A stretch of 64,000 bases of DNA from Pavona decussata (GCA_977016875.1 CDRNST010000047.1:1302001-1366000); one strand, 5' to 3'; shown: positions 24,201 to 38,646, counted from the stretch's first letter. The notes: a model not told the origin generated them from the sequence alone. Numbers and translations are program-made.

Positions 24201-27200
24201 AGACCCTTTTATTCCAGTACAGTCCTACCCTAGGCTAGCTTCCTTTTTTTCCATGGACATTTTGAGATGGTGGTTAATTCTTAAGACTTTTTTAAACGCT
24301 ATATATTGAGTTTTATCAGTTGTGAAAAGCGGAACCAGTGGGATAAAATATGCAACAGGAAGTTTATTCGGCATGATCGACCAGTTTACCTTTGCCTGAT
24401 CTGAGCTACTTGCTAGGAAAAACATTCTTATATACCGACGGCAATCACACCAGTTAAAATCATGAAAATGCAAAGTTTTATTTGGCATTTCAAACAAAAT
24501 GTTAAATAAACACTAACCTTTTAATTTTAACAGAAACCTAGTTCTTCCAAGACCATTTAAAACTTCAGTTGAAGTGCAATTTTTAAATTTCATTGGCAAA
24601 TGTTGTAAAGTAAATGAAATCAAATTAAGGAAAGTGCTACTGAACAACTTCTAGTTTGATGGAGACATATGAGGGTTTATTCACAAACTCGAATATTGGG
24701 ACCACAGGCGATTAATTGAAGCTGGACTCGACAGTGAAGGGTAGAAGTCCCCTGGAAGAAAATAAAAACAATTACAACGAAGTGGATAAAATTGGTTAAA
24801 CAGAACTGGCGTGGCCCAAACATAACGTGACAGAAATATAGGATTACTCAAACATAAAGGTCCAAAAATACTGTAAAGCGATTTGGTAAAACGAAAGGAA
24901 GCCTAAGCGGGATAAACTGTGTTATGTTTGGCTGGGAACGAAAAAGGTTTGTATTTGTGGTTAATGACGTAGTCTTACATACTTAGCGTGCTACAGTGAT
25001 TATTTACGGCCATAAACTGTATATTCCAGGATAGAATTCTATCCGATACACGAACGGAGCAAATGGATTCATTGCGCATCTACTGTTGCTTCGATTTTTC
25101 CCGTTTCAAAGATTTTATCGAAGAAACATTCGCTTGACGAAGATAATGACGAATGATCTGGTTAACTCTTTCAATCACCTGCAAGTCACGGCGTTAATTG
25201 ATGTGGTTGTAATGGTTTTGAACTCCCTTAAAAGTGTTACTTTTAATTCCTACTCCTAGGCTATTGAGCGGTACGTTCCTGCCATGCTCTGCTCTTAGTT
25301 GTAAAAGAAGGTTCAAACATTTTTGTATGCGGATAAATCGTAAAGTAAGACCATACGATTGATTGCCATTGATCTGTATCCGCTTGTGGTGCTCCTTTAA
25401 AAGGTGGTTCTAACAAACTGCTTGTGAAGAAACTGCCTACGAGTTACTATCAATGAACTATGGCTGCTGTTGCATGTTAACCGTACATTTCGAGAAATGA
25501 AATATCGACTTTCTCTTTTTTTTTAATTCCAAACTGGAAGTGCTTTGGTCATTTCGTCATAAAGGAAGAATGTATGTCAGATGCGGAAACATTCCGATCG
25601 TTTTTTGTTTTGTTTTTCTTTTTTTTTTAGAAATTGCGAGACCGACAGCAGGTCAAGACAATAATTTCAATGCCCGCATGAAGGAGGAATCAACAACTTG
25701 TAACATTCCAAATATGTTATAAGGCCAAAACGTGAATACCGCTCAAGACTCTAATCAAAAGTCAGTAAAAAAATCGCACACGGTGATACACTCTTCACAA
25801 GAAATCAAGGGTGCAGAAATCGAATTAAACTATAATAAACAAAAGTAATGCTGGTCTTTTTAAAAGTTATCGTTATGATCAAAATTATCAATGACATATT
25901 CTGAACAATAACCTTTTTATATGTATCATGGCCCATTGAAAGTTTTCGGGGGAAAACAAAACCATTTTTAAGAGTAGAAAGCAGAGAGACAGACAGAAGA
26001 AGTAAATGGGAAAGTTGCCACTTTTTTCCTGTTCCAAGTTCGAGTCCGGCCACGGTTAGACGGAAATTCAGTTTTTTGCGGCATTACCGAGGGCGATGGG
26101 GATGAGTGAGTTTGATCAAAACCAAAGATTAACCAATTCTCGAGCCAAGGCGATATGAAGATCAGCACGTTATTACGATCGATTTCCGAAATTTCTAAGA
26201 AGCTGGCGTTGGGCTACTTATTTGAAAATCATATCACTGCAAAATCGAAACTGGAACTGAGAGATTAGCAACGAAGAATCAAAGAAAGTCTTTGTCGGTA
26301 CAGCCTACAATCAGTACGTTATTAGTCCATAATATACCGAATTTAAACAGTTAATCATCTTAATTGAGGCCAGGTTGGAAAAGTATGGTAAGCGGAAGTA
26401 ATTTCCATCGTTTATCTTAAGATTTATCGTTGGCTCGCATCACTTTTTTTTTTTTAAGAAAAACAACTGAAGCATTACTTATTTGACCCACAGGTCCTAA
26501 ATCCGTGCTTTCTGGCAAACACTCTCCTGATCGTTCACGGAATGCCAAGGCAAAGCGGCAATTTTTTTCCCAGCGCCCACACAGTTTTAAACCAGACACG
26601 TAACATGTTCCAAAAAAAAAAAAAAAAGAGCATCATCAACACGTCATGATCTCGGATGATCATAGTTTCCTATCTAATTAACTATTCTCTCCTCCGCTGT
26701 ACACTAACAAAAAGCCTCTTCCAGGAGGTCCGCAAGGCCCTAATTAGGACGCTATCAATCAGTGTCAGCGGCGAATATCTTGAGCAAATTATCGGCATTA
26801 CAAGTAAATCGAGGTGTGTACTTTATGATAAACCCGGGTTAGGCAATATAGTGGAGAGGCTAGTCCTTTTAAGCAAGATTTGTTTAGCCCCACGGCTTGA
26901 GTTTTATGTTCGGAAATGAGAAATGCTCAGTGAGCAAATGAAACAAATCTTCTCGGTATGGCCGTTTTATTGTAAAGCTCAGGTGGATTACCTTTTAATA
27001 TCGTCACGTTTACCAGGACTAACCAGAACAGCTTGTGGGACAATAGACGAAAGAACATGAGCCTTTGTATGTGATTTCACATTAAGACAACATAATGAAG
27101 GCAAATTGACAATTGAAAACGTGAAAACCGAAAATGGAAGAAACCAGAACTTAGCGACATTTGACTTGAAGAGAAATTGCTGATTAGTATTGGCGAAGGT

Positions 27201-27690
27201 AAGGGATGAAAAAACACCTTCAGCAGAATCATCTTGGACTAACACTTCGTTTACTTAGGTTACTCACTTATGAAGTCGTTATAGGATTTCGAGACTGTCT
27301 CATTGTCGATTGATCTCTTTAGCCTAAAAAAAAAGAGAGAGAGAAAGAAACAGAAAATTTAAATCTTCTTACGATCTTAACTTTTTCCTCTTCAAATAAG
27401 ATTGTTCCATCCCGGCGTGATTCTGATTTCAGTAGCTGCAGGAAAGGAGTGGTTAATAACACTCCCGCACTGTAAGAGTATTAGAGATGAATTTAGTTGA
27501 TAGAAGTCATGCATGTGCCGTGGTAAGATAGGGTATTTTTGTTTGTCGGACGAGGTAACCACTATTTACGTACATTGCGATTCTGTGGCTACATACATGC
27601 AATGCTTGTTACAGTCAGGTGATAACACCAAGCGAAACTATCGTCTTGTAACACTTTGGTTTGAAACTACAACATTTTCGTTATGAATAG

Positions 27691-27712
27691 ATTGGTTATC
27701 ACTCAGTATAAA
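27691..27712 (+). promoter_or_regulatory. Candidate core promoter of Dmbx B (inverted CCAAT plus TATAAA)
   Basis: ATTGG at 27691 and TATAAA at 27707, about 165 bp upstream of the ATG. Motif match only. Confidence 0.35.
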
Positions 27713-27874
27713 GACTACAAACTGACAGGCAAATTACTTATTTATTGCAGATAGAGAAACGGAAAGGAAGACAATAACACCTTCGTGAACGTCCATTGCG
27801 ACAGACCAAGCAGGTGATTTCTAGCACTGATCAAGAATATTACGTGACAAGTGTAAAGAGAGCAAACATTAAAG

Positions 27875-27998
27875 ATGGAATCAGGACTGAGCACATCGTC
27901 ATTCTCCATCGATAACATTCTGAAACCAGACAAATGCGATTCATCGCAGGAACCTCGTTCAGCAGATAGAGCTTTAACACTGGCTGAGCGCCTCGCTG
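27875..27998 (+). CDS. Dmbx: Dmbx paralogue B exon 1 (eh1 FSIDNIL plus ALTLAERLA)
   Basis: ATG at 27875; 41 codons + 1 nt; G|gtaagt donor. Confidence 0.92.
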
Positions 27999-30410
27999 GT
28001 AAGTACTGTCTAGCGAATGAATGCCCACCCAACCAGCCATATGATCAAAATAAAGAGATAACAAGGGTCGATAGAAGCAGTCTCGGTACAATCTAATTTC
28101 ATCACAGTCCAAAAACGTCCAATTTCATTGCGATCCAAAAGTTAATATCCTAAAAAGATCTGCTAATAAAAAAAACACTTGCTGTAAAATTTTTTTCCGT
28201 AAACTTCACTACAATTAGATCCGCTCTCTGCATTGAGGTGAGCATCGGATAAACTTAAAACACTTCATTATTTAATCTCACGCCCGATTTATCTACTGAG
28301 ATGTCTATTTTCTTAAACGAACGCATTAATTATAAAACAGCCCTGATTGAATTCAACCAACATCATTTTTACCTCATTTGTTTTTGGGAAATGTTAGTCC
28401 ATAAGGGTTTTTCCAAACAGTTTAAATTTTTTTCTTTTTTTGCGTGATTTCATAGTCACGGGTTGAATGGCGCATTCGTATCAGTCATTTTGATGCATCG
28501 TTTATAATCCCATAACAGGCTTATATAGTAGCTGTTATGGTGTCATGCGATAACGTTTCAGGAGAGCAAATACGCTGTTATTAGTCTTGTCTTCTCAGAC
28601 AAAAACGTGAAACTATCCCACATTGCTAATATTCAAACTACATTTTTAACAGGGAAGAGTAACGTTTAATACAACACTCTTTTGTTTTACCTTTCGGGAA
28701 AAGTTCCATGACCATCATTAGCCCTTGAAACAACAAATAATTAAAAAAAAAAAGGTCAACAAAACAGTGGTACAGGCCCTAACAAACATAGAGGTGTACA
28801 GCATACTGTAAAATGAAGGTTATAATGTCAATCCGGATCTTGACGAGACAAAAAGAATTGACTTTCTGTTCAATTTTAAATGACCTGATCTTGGATTGCA
28901 GTCGCAATCGTGGATCGTTAGGATTGGTTTCGAAATCTTATTTCGGATGGTTTATTCTATTTACCGAACTCGTGATATGAACTTGGGGTTTTGCGGCACT
29001 GTCGTTCTGAGTACATGCACGGCAGATACGGATTGATTTGTTTTCAGATTTTCACTTCAGCTAGAAAAATGAGATAAACGTCTGGAATTACTAAATCGAT
29101 CGGAAAGTGGATCAGCTGATTAATACGAACGTTACCAAAAATAGACGTCTGGAAGAGGCGATTTCCATCCCTAAAGCACTTACCCTTTCCGAGGAGTGTC
29201 ACTTGACAATATTTTTCTCTGCAGATATAATACTGGAAGTGCATTATGGATCGTCGAGGGGAAAACATCGACGGACGCGCACTGCGTTTACCCATCAACA
29301 ACTGCAAATACTGGAAAACACATTCTCCAAGACGCATTACCCAGATGTAGTTATGAGGGAGCAGTTGGCAGCTTATATTAACATTCCTGAGTCAAGAATC
29401 CAGGTTAGCTAAAAGTGTTATTAAGTGAGTAATGCGATCGGTTCAGCACTCAATAAAAGTAATGCAATATATCATCACTATGTATTTTCAAACCCCACGT
29501 TTTCAAAACAAATATGGCACATTCTGAACATTTCTAACTGCGGTCTAGGTTCCACTCTCCAACTTGATAAAGGGTAGCCTCTAGCACCGATTATGCAGCT
29601 TAATGAACTGCAACTGCATGAGTTCTTTAACTGAAACATAGAAGGAGTCGTGGAATGTCAGTATTAAAAAGAAAAAAAAGAAAAGGGTTTTTAGGAAGGT
29701 TTGGACGTATCAGCCACGATAGATTATTTCACGCATTTTGGGGGATATTATACAATGATAAAACATCCACGACAACAACAGAAACAAAAATACCGAGATA
29801 CCGTTGGTCAAAACAGCTTGCACCATTCGCATAAATATAATTGGATTTAAATTGAAAAAATAGAAATCGACGCCGAAATAAGTAAACGTTTGCCAGTCAC
29901 ACTATGTTATGGCTCAAAAGTGAGCTTCGAAGAGAGTTTTACGTTGTGATAGAAGTATTTAGGCTCATAGCAATGACTTTAAAACTTTTTCCAACCTGCA
30001 TTATAGCTTTGACTTTAACATGTTTCGATAAGATTGCGTTATTGACATCTTAACTGTATGCTAAATTTTAGGTGTGGTTCAAAAATCGAAGAGCAAAGTA
30101 CAGAAAACAAATGAAAGACGGCGAAGAATTAACCTCATCGGAAATAGAAAATAAAGCATTGGAACGTCATTTCAACAGTCATGAGGCCCCGTGGAGCCCC
30201 CAACACTTTTACACAGCAAGTGGTTTACCTTTCGGCCCAGGGAATGCTGCTACAGCTCAAAGCAACTTCGCACAGTACTCCTGGTCGGCCGTTCCTTTGT
30301 ATACCTCAAGCCCATGCGCATGTTTGCCGTCGTATTCTGACACTTCAAGAAGGTCTTGGTCTTGCACGGCGTGTTATGAAAACTCTGATACAAAAACCCA
30401 TTTACAATAA
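27875..30410 (+). CDS. Dmbx: Dmbx-like homeobox protein, paralogue B; join(27875..27998,29225..29403,30072..30410), 213 aa
   Basis: [18 protein letters not shown]...[10 protein letters not shown]|[60 protein letters not shown]|[14 protein letters not shown]... Donors gtaagt (27999) and gttagc (29404); acceptors ctgcag and ttttag. Frames join without stops. Confidence 0.95.
29225..29403 (+). CDS. Dmbx: Dmbx paralogue B exon 2 (179 bp)
   Basis: gcag|ATATAATACTGGAA ... ATCCAG|gttagc. Confidence 0.94.
30072..30410 (+). CDS. Dmbx: Dmbx paralogue B exon 3
   Basis: ttttag|GTGTGGTTCAAAAAT; matches track ORF 30072..30410. Confidence 0.93.
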   Translation: MWFKNRRAKYRKQMKDGEELTSSEIENKALERHFNSHEAPWSPQHFYTASGLPFGPGNAATAQSNFAQYSWSAVPLYTSSPCACLPSYSDTSRRSWSCTACYENSDTKTHLQ

Positions 30411-33400
30411 CTAGTTCTGGTTTTACTGCCTGATAATTTGGCTATAAGTACAGTTATTGATAATGAGCATTGAAATTTGACTCTAACGCCCCATACACAC
30501 AATAGATAAAAAAGGTTTAACTGAGCTGTCACCGAGAACTGGGGTGAATGCTGCACTTAAATATGATTTCTTCCATTTTTACATACACTGGTTTGTAGTG
30601 TTCCCTTCTATTGTTTCCCTCTTGTCTTTCCCCACTCCTTAGTTTCCTCTTTTTGCTGCTACTTGTCTTATTCCTATTTTTAGAAACTGTTTTATCGTAT
30701 TACCAGTGAAGGTATGCAGTGAAAATGGACTAAATTTGATTAATCAAATTATCCTAAATGCAGAAACCAAGAAATTAACCCAGAAAGGAGCAAATCATAA
30801 TCAGATACATCTACATGCAAGGAAACAATTTGAAAACGTAATCAACGATTGCTTTGAAAAACTAATGCAAAGACGTCTTTCGGCTTTTCAAAGTGACACT
30901 AAAGTACCTGAGCCTCCTTTTTCACCTTTTAGATCTTTACTATGAAACCACATCTGGCCGCTTATTAGAAGTCTGAGGTACAATCAGGCTTTAAAGTTTC
31001 AGTTTATCTCGTTGGTTTTCTTTCTTAACATTTTTAGTTGGGGGTATAACTCGGCATTGGAGATTGCAAAATTAGCAAAAGAAAATGAGGAATTGCTCTA
31101 CGCCTTTCATGATAGGAGCTCACAACCATGCACTCCTGTTTCATACTTAACATTGACACGATTTAATTTTCAATGGCTCTGAAAGTGACAGAGTCAAAAC
31201 TTTCAGAGAGCTTGATAAAGAGTCAACGATTAACTTCTGCAAGAAATTCAGAATTTAAATTCTTTCATTTTCATCGACAATCGCGATCAACGAGATAATA
31301 GATAAAAACATTAATTGTTGGACTGGACGGAATACCTATTATAGTGCAATACAACATTGATAGTATAATAGTTACTGAATAGTAAAGATCTATGGTTAGG
31401 ATATCAGATGAGGGATATTTTGAGAACGAGAACAAAACACTTGAATACAAGTAACCGTCAATATTTGGCTTTTAGAGATCTTATCTTGAGATACTCGAAA
31501 TCCGCGCAGCCACCAAAGCCATAAACTTGAATTTTCGTTTCAGTAAGATTCAGCTGAACAGTCGGTTCAGAAAGGTACAAGTTTTTGTGATCTGGGCATT
31601 AAACTATGCATTGGTATAGTCAACAAAGCCAATATCTGTCTCAGAGCGCACAATCATGGTTTAGAAAAGGCTAAGACTTACAGCTTTATTCTAATACAAC
31701 TTATGGACGTCTAGTTGCAGGATTATACAGAAGAAAGATGTTTCGGGATTATCCTGAAATCTTTGAGAACTAGACAGTTAACCAAAGCCGGACATGATAC
31801 AGCATTCAAATCGTTCCAGCCAATTCCGGATCACCTCAGAAATAAACATATGAATAAAAGTTCAAAAACAAGAAAAACCAAGATCATTCAGCAAGACTCA
31901 TTGTACTATATATCAAGCACAAAGACAGAAACAGCCATAGTTCACGTTATTTTAGATAAGTCAATTCTGTGACAGACAACGAGAAAAAGAATGTACATTA
32001 ACTGGCTGAAAATTATTCAAAACACCTAAACAACAGCCTGCCAAAATGTTAATTGGATTTATATGCAAAAAACAGAATAGAACGCCAAAAATAGCGGAAC
32101 TTTAACACTCCACCTTAAATACAAGTCCCTGCGTACGTGTCAAGCAGAATATTCCCACAAGAGTAGGTTACATCTTGTGGGAAGACAAGACAAAACAAAC
32201 AGACAGCAAATGAACAACAACATGAAATTGTTTTTATCTCGATCGAACCATGCCCATAAAGTGTTTAATTTCCCAACGCCCACTCTCTCATGAAAGTGCG
32301 TCTGTCAGTTGGTCAAAAACAAGACGGCCAATGAAAGCAACGTTGACAAATAAATAAATAAAATACCGCCTAGCCAATATCACTTTAAAATACGTTCAAG
32401 GATATCATTGTAAGAGCTGATTTAGATGTCAAATACACTTCATTGTGCAAAAGATTGAAGTACCCGAGGAAAGGAAGATCGTAATAAAATCAGAATCTTT
32501 TGTTTTAGTGGTTCGGCTGGGCGATGGGAAAAGATACACTTTAAAGGGATGACCTAGGTTAGGTATGTTATCTGTTCAATTATTTCTGGTCGAGAGTACA
32601 TTAATGTATTATTAAAGCCAATCCATGTGTGTCAATGTAATTTAAGGAGACTATCCCTCTCTTGCACCCGTAAAACAGAATTATTGGTGGGTGATTGAAA
32701 AGGATCATAGAAAAATGCTTCACGTACTCTACTGTTTGGACCTTCGAAGTATCGTACCTTGTAAATGTTCTCATTGTTGTAAATAAATATATATTTTGTT
32801 GAAATTCAACGTCCTCGCTGTTTTTGTGAATACTTTACGTCTACTCGATTTTGAAGGGTTTAGGGTCCAGAGTTTAAACCAACAATTGCAAACTAGATTT
32901 CTCCATAAAATGCCACAACCTTCTATTTTTCCATTATTTGGACAAACGAACTATCAAACTCAATCTCTCAAGGTAGAGCAGATACGACGGTATTCCCCTC
33001 TACCACGTTCATCACGAACAACCTGGCTATTTTCTGTTATTGTTAATCAATATATTCTGACCGAACAACAAATTCCCGCTAGGTACATACTTAGAAACAA
33101 GACTGGGAATGGCTGACTCAGAAATTGCGAGGAGGAGAGGAGGGATTCTTGCGGTATGGCTCGATTGGGTTTATCAGAACTGATACTTTCCAAGTTTGAA
33201 CCAAATCACAACACATTAAAAGAGAATCCTGGAGATCGACACCAACAAGTTTGCTAGAAATAGATCTTAATTACTGAGGAACCGAGTCGCCATGGCGACG
33301 TAATGACGTCACTGCTCTTTTTTGCTCGATCGTCTTCAAATATTTAAAGTATTTTTTTTCCCCAAAACGGTGCGAGGTACTTGTAGTTCACATAATTTCT

Positions 33401-35114
33401 TTACATGTACCGCGTTTAAATAAATCCTATCATAAGAGCGTTTGGGGAATTTTTTGGCTTAAGTTTTCGGTTGTTAAAATAAAACAATTCAATAATTTCC
33501 TCGAGTTGCTGTAACTCAGGTTTAACAGTCTTATAGGAATTTAATAATCGGCTTATACAATTTTTATACCTATTAACGAGCTTTGCTAAAAAGGTTGAAA
33601 GATATTGCTTTGTGTCGAAAAATATGGGCATAAATAAGGTGAGCATTTTGTTCTTTTGTCCAAACTTTAGCTACGTTTTGACATAGAAGTTCATAATAAT
33701 AATAATGAAAAAATAAAAAAAATCTGTCAATATATTTTTTTAACTCTTTCGTCCGTCAGTACTTTGAACGACCTCAAGACTTCAGCATCAATGAAATAAT
33801 ACTAGGTGAAACATTGATATAAAATCGGGAAACATATCCTTTCCTATTTTCAGCGTGCTCTGCCTATTGTTGCCGTGTTTTTGTTGTTGTTGTTGTTTGT
33901 AGGGAAGGGCAGAAGTTGCTCCCGAAAGTTGCTCATTTTTGGCAATAGTTGTGCCAACGTTGCTGTATTTTTGAGAAAACAAGGCAAAAATGTGTTTGTA
34001 TTTTGGTTATCTTGCTTTGAAAGATCGAAAGACACTCCAATTTGCAGTTTTAAAATTAATACTGTACAAGCATGAACAGGTCTATAACGTAAAAAAAAAA
34101 ACAGCTTCTCAAGAACCACACTATACACCGCTTGTACATGTCCGCGTCCGCCATTTTGAAATGTGGTGTGTGCGGCCGCTTCTGGTGCTTAGTCCCTCGC
34201 GGCGAGAGGATAATAAAGCCTAATTACAAAAAGATAAATCCAATCCGATAGTTTCAAAAACGATAAAAACTTACTGAAGGAAAGCTATTTCTCAATATAG
34301 TAGTAGAAAAATAGACGAAGAGTAGTTCTCTCAGTAAAAAAGTTGCTCCAAAGTAAGCATTTTTTGCCAGAAAAGTCCAAAGATGCTGAAAAGTTGCCGA
34401 GTAATCTTGAGTCGCTTGTTTCTTCAATTTTGCATGTTTATTGTTCAGAGTTTTCATAACAGTATGAATTCCAATGCACAATGTGCACTTTACACCAGAT
34501 TTACATATAAATTATATATATACGTTGATGAGGAAAACTAGAACTGAAAGGTACTATCAATAAAGGTGATTGTAACTGGCTAGGGTCATGGGCTGTGCCA
34601 GAGATAATTTCTTAGGACCCATGGTTTCACAGGAAGCTAACAACCTTTGGGTTGTTAGCCATAAGGTATTCTCGCTGCTTTGAACCTTTAGGTATAAATA
34701 GGAGACATGAAACATGAACTTTTCTTTCCGCTTTTCATACATCCTCCATTTAGAATGTCTTGTTGTACTTTCAAATTTCAAAGAAAAAGAAGAATAAAAA
34801 TATCACAATATCACGATTTCCTTAACCGTGAAAGGCCTGCCTTCCGAAGTATTGGATTGTGCAATATTACGGTTTCCCCGGCTAACCGTGAAATCCTTCA
34901 GCCTTACTTCTTTATAGTATTCTCGCTGGCGATTATTCTAAAAGCCGCATGAAGATAACACTATTACCTTTGCATGTTACAGTAACTATTTCATAGTTAT
35001 ATTAGTCGTAACTGTTTTTGGTGTTTTCAGTTTTTCCCTGGTATTTTAATTGAAAGGTTAATAATATTAAACTATTAGCAGAGAAATTAATGAAATTACT
35101 AAGACTTCATTCAA

Positions 35115-35623
35115 TAGGCCTTATCACGGTTTTCGACGCCATTTTGACGAGTAGGCAAACACGTCTGAAATAACAGTGTTTGTATGGAAATCCGATGTCA
35201 AATAATTTTCATAAAACATCGTTTCTGAAAAATTCATGAATTGGAAACTTTTAGCACTAGTAAAAGGATTTTAAGAAAAAAATTTGGAGGGATGTAGCTG
35301 TGCCAGAAAGCGTCCAGTCGTGTTTTGAACTTTCCATACATTTGTCTGTATTTTTTCCCGCGAACTATTTTTAGCAACAGTTCGCTATACAGACAAATGT
35401 ATGGAAAGTTCAAAACACGACTGGACGCTTTCTGGCACAGGAACATCTCTCCAAATTTTTTTCTTAAAATCCTTTTACTAGTGCTTAAAGTTTCCAATTC
35501 ATGAATTTTTCAGAAGCGATGTTTTATGAAAATTATTTGACATCGGATTTCCATACAAACACTGTTATTTCAGACGTGTTTGCCTACTCGTCAAAATGGC
35601 GTCGAAAACCGTGATAAGGCCTA
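35115..35623. mobile_element. Foldback/MITE with 235-bp terminal inverted arms, TA-flanked
   Basis: 35117-35351 is the reverse complement of 35387-35621 with about 5 mismatches; 35-bp spacer; TA at 35115-16 and 35622-23. Confidence 0.92.
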
Positions 35624-38462
35624 TCGCAACACAAACTAAGACTTAAAGGCTTCCATGACCTTACTCAAACTTATTTTGTCCCCTCCCCTATAAACTAAGC
35701 GATCTCCCGCCTCCAGTCCTGTCCTTAACGATAAATAAATAACACTCGCTGAACTGTAGATAGCATTTAGACATAGCTTATTTGTGCTATACAGATATAT
35801 GTGCATACCATAGCATTAACAATAATATAGAAAATACAATCGTTTGGTAACACGTGAGTTATTCTTAAAAGAAGTGAACTATAAATTGTTGGACGGACAA
35901 ATTTACGATCCAATTTGCCTGACGAAGTTACCTCGCGCGAATAAATATCGATAGTTTCCTGCTCAAATTAAATTACCATCCATCATAATTGTTGCGATGA
36001 GTGGACAAGGGGTAATCGCTTTTACTAAAAAATTTTAAACATTCATTACGCGCTAATGACTTGAATCTAAAATTCCCATCTGTCGGTTCATCTTGAGGAG
36101 TATACTGTACAAACAAGTGGGTATTAATGTTTTTCATTGTACATGTGTTAATCAAACTAAAACCAAGTTATTTGCTGACGTTGTACATAGCACTTAGCAT
36201 CAAAGACGGCATTTTAACTAGTGTCACTCTAATCTACCAACCAACTGACCTTAGAGGTCATTGAAAAGGCCTAATAATCGAGAAAACAGTCATTGAGGAC
36301 TGTCATTACCAGATCAAGGACATAATGCTGTTGCTGAAAATCGTAGGCTTTTTATCGTTAACTAGTACGTTCTACATAAGCAATGTTCATTACTGATATC
36401 TGAAATCAACTTCTCTAAAAGATGAGCCAGTAACGTTATAGCTAAAGAGGAGGATAAAAAGTATTTGCTTTACAGAATTTTATACTCAAGCAAATTTCTG
36501 CTGATTTCTTTGACTGACGTACTCCCTTTTTGCGTGCAGTTGTTTGTTTATCTAAGAGAGTCCACTATTAATGAAAAGTGCCTCTCAGTCAGCAGTTACG
36601 TTGTTTACATCAAGGAAATTCAATGAAGCTGAAGTTGTCAAAAAAATGTATGCCAAAAATAATGTTCAGTTGCAAATAATTGCCCTCACTGGAATGCATT
36701 TAGGCCGTTAAAACAAGCAAATAACATTGTAAAAGGGATTCTTTTTCGTCTGATGCCTGCCCCAGTAACTGCAGATGGTAACATTCTATATTATTGGCGT
36801 AACTTCTTATCACAAAAAGCAGATGTGGAATTTTGATAGACCAGATCCAGATCGGAACTTAAATAAAACACACACGAGCTAAGGAATTTTCTCGTGTATT
36901 TTCAAGCCGAAAACACTAAATAAAAGTTTAAAATTTTGCGTCAAATATCATGGGACTATTTCAAAGAGATTGAACTGTAGATCTAGATCTAACCGGGCCT
37001 TGCGACGAAATGTAGTGGGGTGGAATGTCATTGTGTCGCAGTGAGGGGGGCAAGGAAGCAAAAATCCAAAATGGCTGAAACTTGGCACAAAGCATATCTT
37101 CGCCAAACATGTAATGAAAAATCAATCCCAATCAGTTCCTTCCTGCTTCTATGTCAAGCGAAGGCGCCTCAGCTGACACACCCATACCTGGTTTTAAAAT
37201 ATGGTGATAAAGGGTGCTGGCAAGAAATAAGTAATACTAGCAATGATAAAGGCGTGCGTGGGATTGCCATTCCGCGACTGCTTCGTGGAATCACGATTGT
37301 GTCTTGACACACAAACAACTGAAAGAACTTGAAATAGGTTAGATTTGATTCTGTAATCACCAGGCAGCTTTGAATTACAGCTTTGCGAATGCTAATCTCT
37401 ATTAAAGACAATTCGGTATAACATTTCTAACGATCACCTATACAAAGCAAATGGAGCTTAGCTTATCAGCATCAACTAGAGGTAGGCTTTAACCGATGTT
37501 TAATTAAAAGCTATCCGCGTTGGTGACAGTAATTGAATTAACTTGTCATCGGTAGTGAAAGCGGGCCCCTTCATCCTAAACGGTTAGGAGAATTCTTAAG
37601 CATATCAGAAACGAAAGCAGTAAGTTGCTTTATTTCATTCTTGTGTGATTATTAACAAACAGAGTGACAGAGGTAACAGTGAAACATTGCTTTGAATGAA
37701 ATTCATCAATAAGTTTCTTGTTAGCAAGGGCTGTAAAGTTGTGCCGTGCACCGCAATCATAAATTCAATTTATCATTTTGACAAACTGAAGTGGTAATGG
37801 AAGGTAAAATTTACGTTAGGCTTCTCAACGACTATCAACAGGCTTGTATATTGATATTTAGTTTTAATAGCTGATTCAAAGTTTGTAGTGAAAACCGGTG
37901 GCATCGCGTCGTTTTGGAAAATTTCCCTCTTAAGAGCTATGAAGGAGTGAAGGGTCACTGAGTTACCGTGCACGAAATCGAATTCTCTTGTTTGTAAAAT
38001 AAGAGTTACTAAATCCACTTAATCCAAAACAACATGTTTCGTACTTTAACTGAAGATTATGATTTGTGGTGGAAAATATTGCGACTGAACAAGTGAGAAA
38101 AGAAATGCCAACAAACCGTGTGAGGTTCTCTAAACATAGCTTTTAAATTCCACAAGACTGGGTGAAGTAGATTTACATCTGATAAGACAAAGGCGGATCA
38201 ATGCGTGAATGAAAAAATGGAATTCTAACAAAAAAAATAAGATATTGTATACTGTTAAAATGAAGCATATAATCAACAAACGACGGAAATAGGACGGATG
38301 GAAATTGTTTTACGTATTCTTACATGGTCGATGTAAATGTCGATACCAGATGTTCCTATCTGTATGTGGTATATTTTGGTCCCTGGTCAAACAGACGCTC
38401 CTGTCTCTTCAAAGTGAATTGGACTGAAAACAGTGACTTCGTGAACAAGAGTGAACACAGCA

Positions 38463-38646
38463 ATGAATCAAGAAGCACTTACTGGCCCAAATGCAGGGTA
38501 TGAAAGAGAAAAAACAACGAATTTAAAATCATCTTCCTTCATGATAGAAAATTTGTTGAAGCCTGACAAGACGAGAGGTGAACCAGAATGCCCGGTGGAA
38601 CCTCCGTCCAAGATAAAGGCCCTTTCTGTGGCAGCGAAGCTTGCAG
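38463..38646 (+). CDS. Dmbx: Dmbx paralogue C exon 1 (eh1 FMIENLL plus ALSVAAKLA)
   Basis: 61 codons + 1 nt; G|gtttga donor at the position homologous to B, D and E. Confidence 0.85.

Noticed and set aside
35234-35497. 87-aa ORF
   Set aside because: Artefact of the foldback element.
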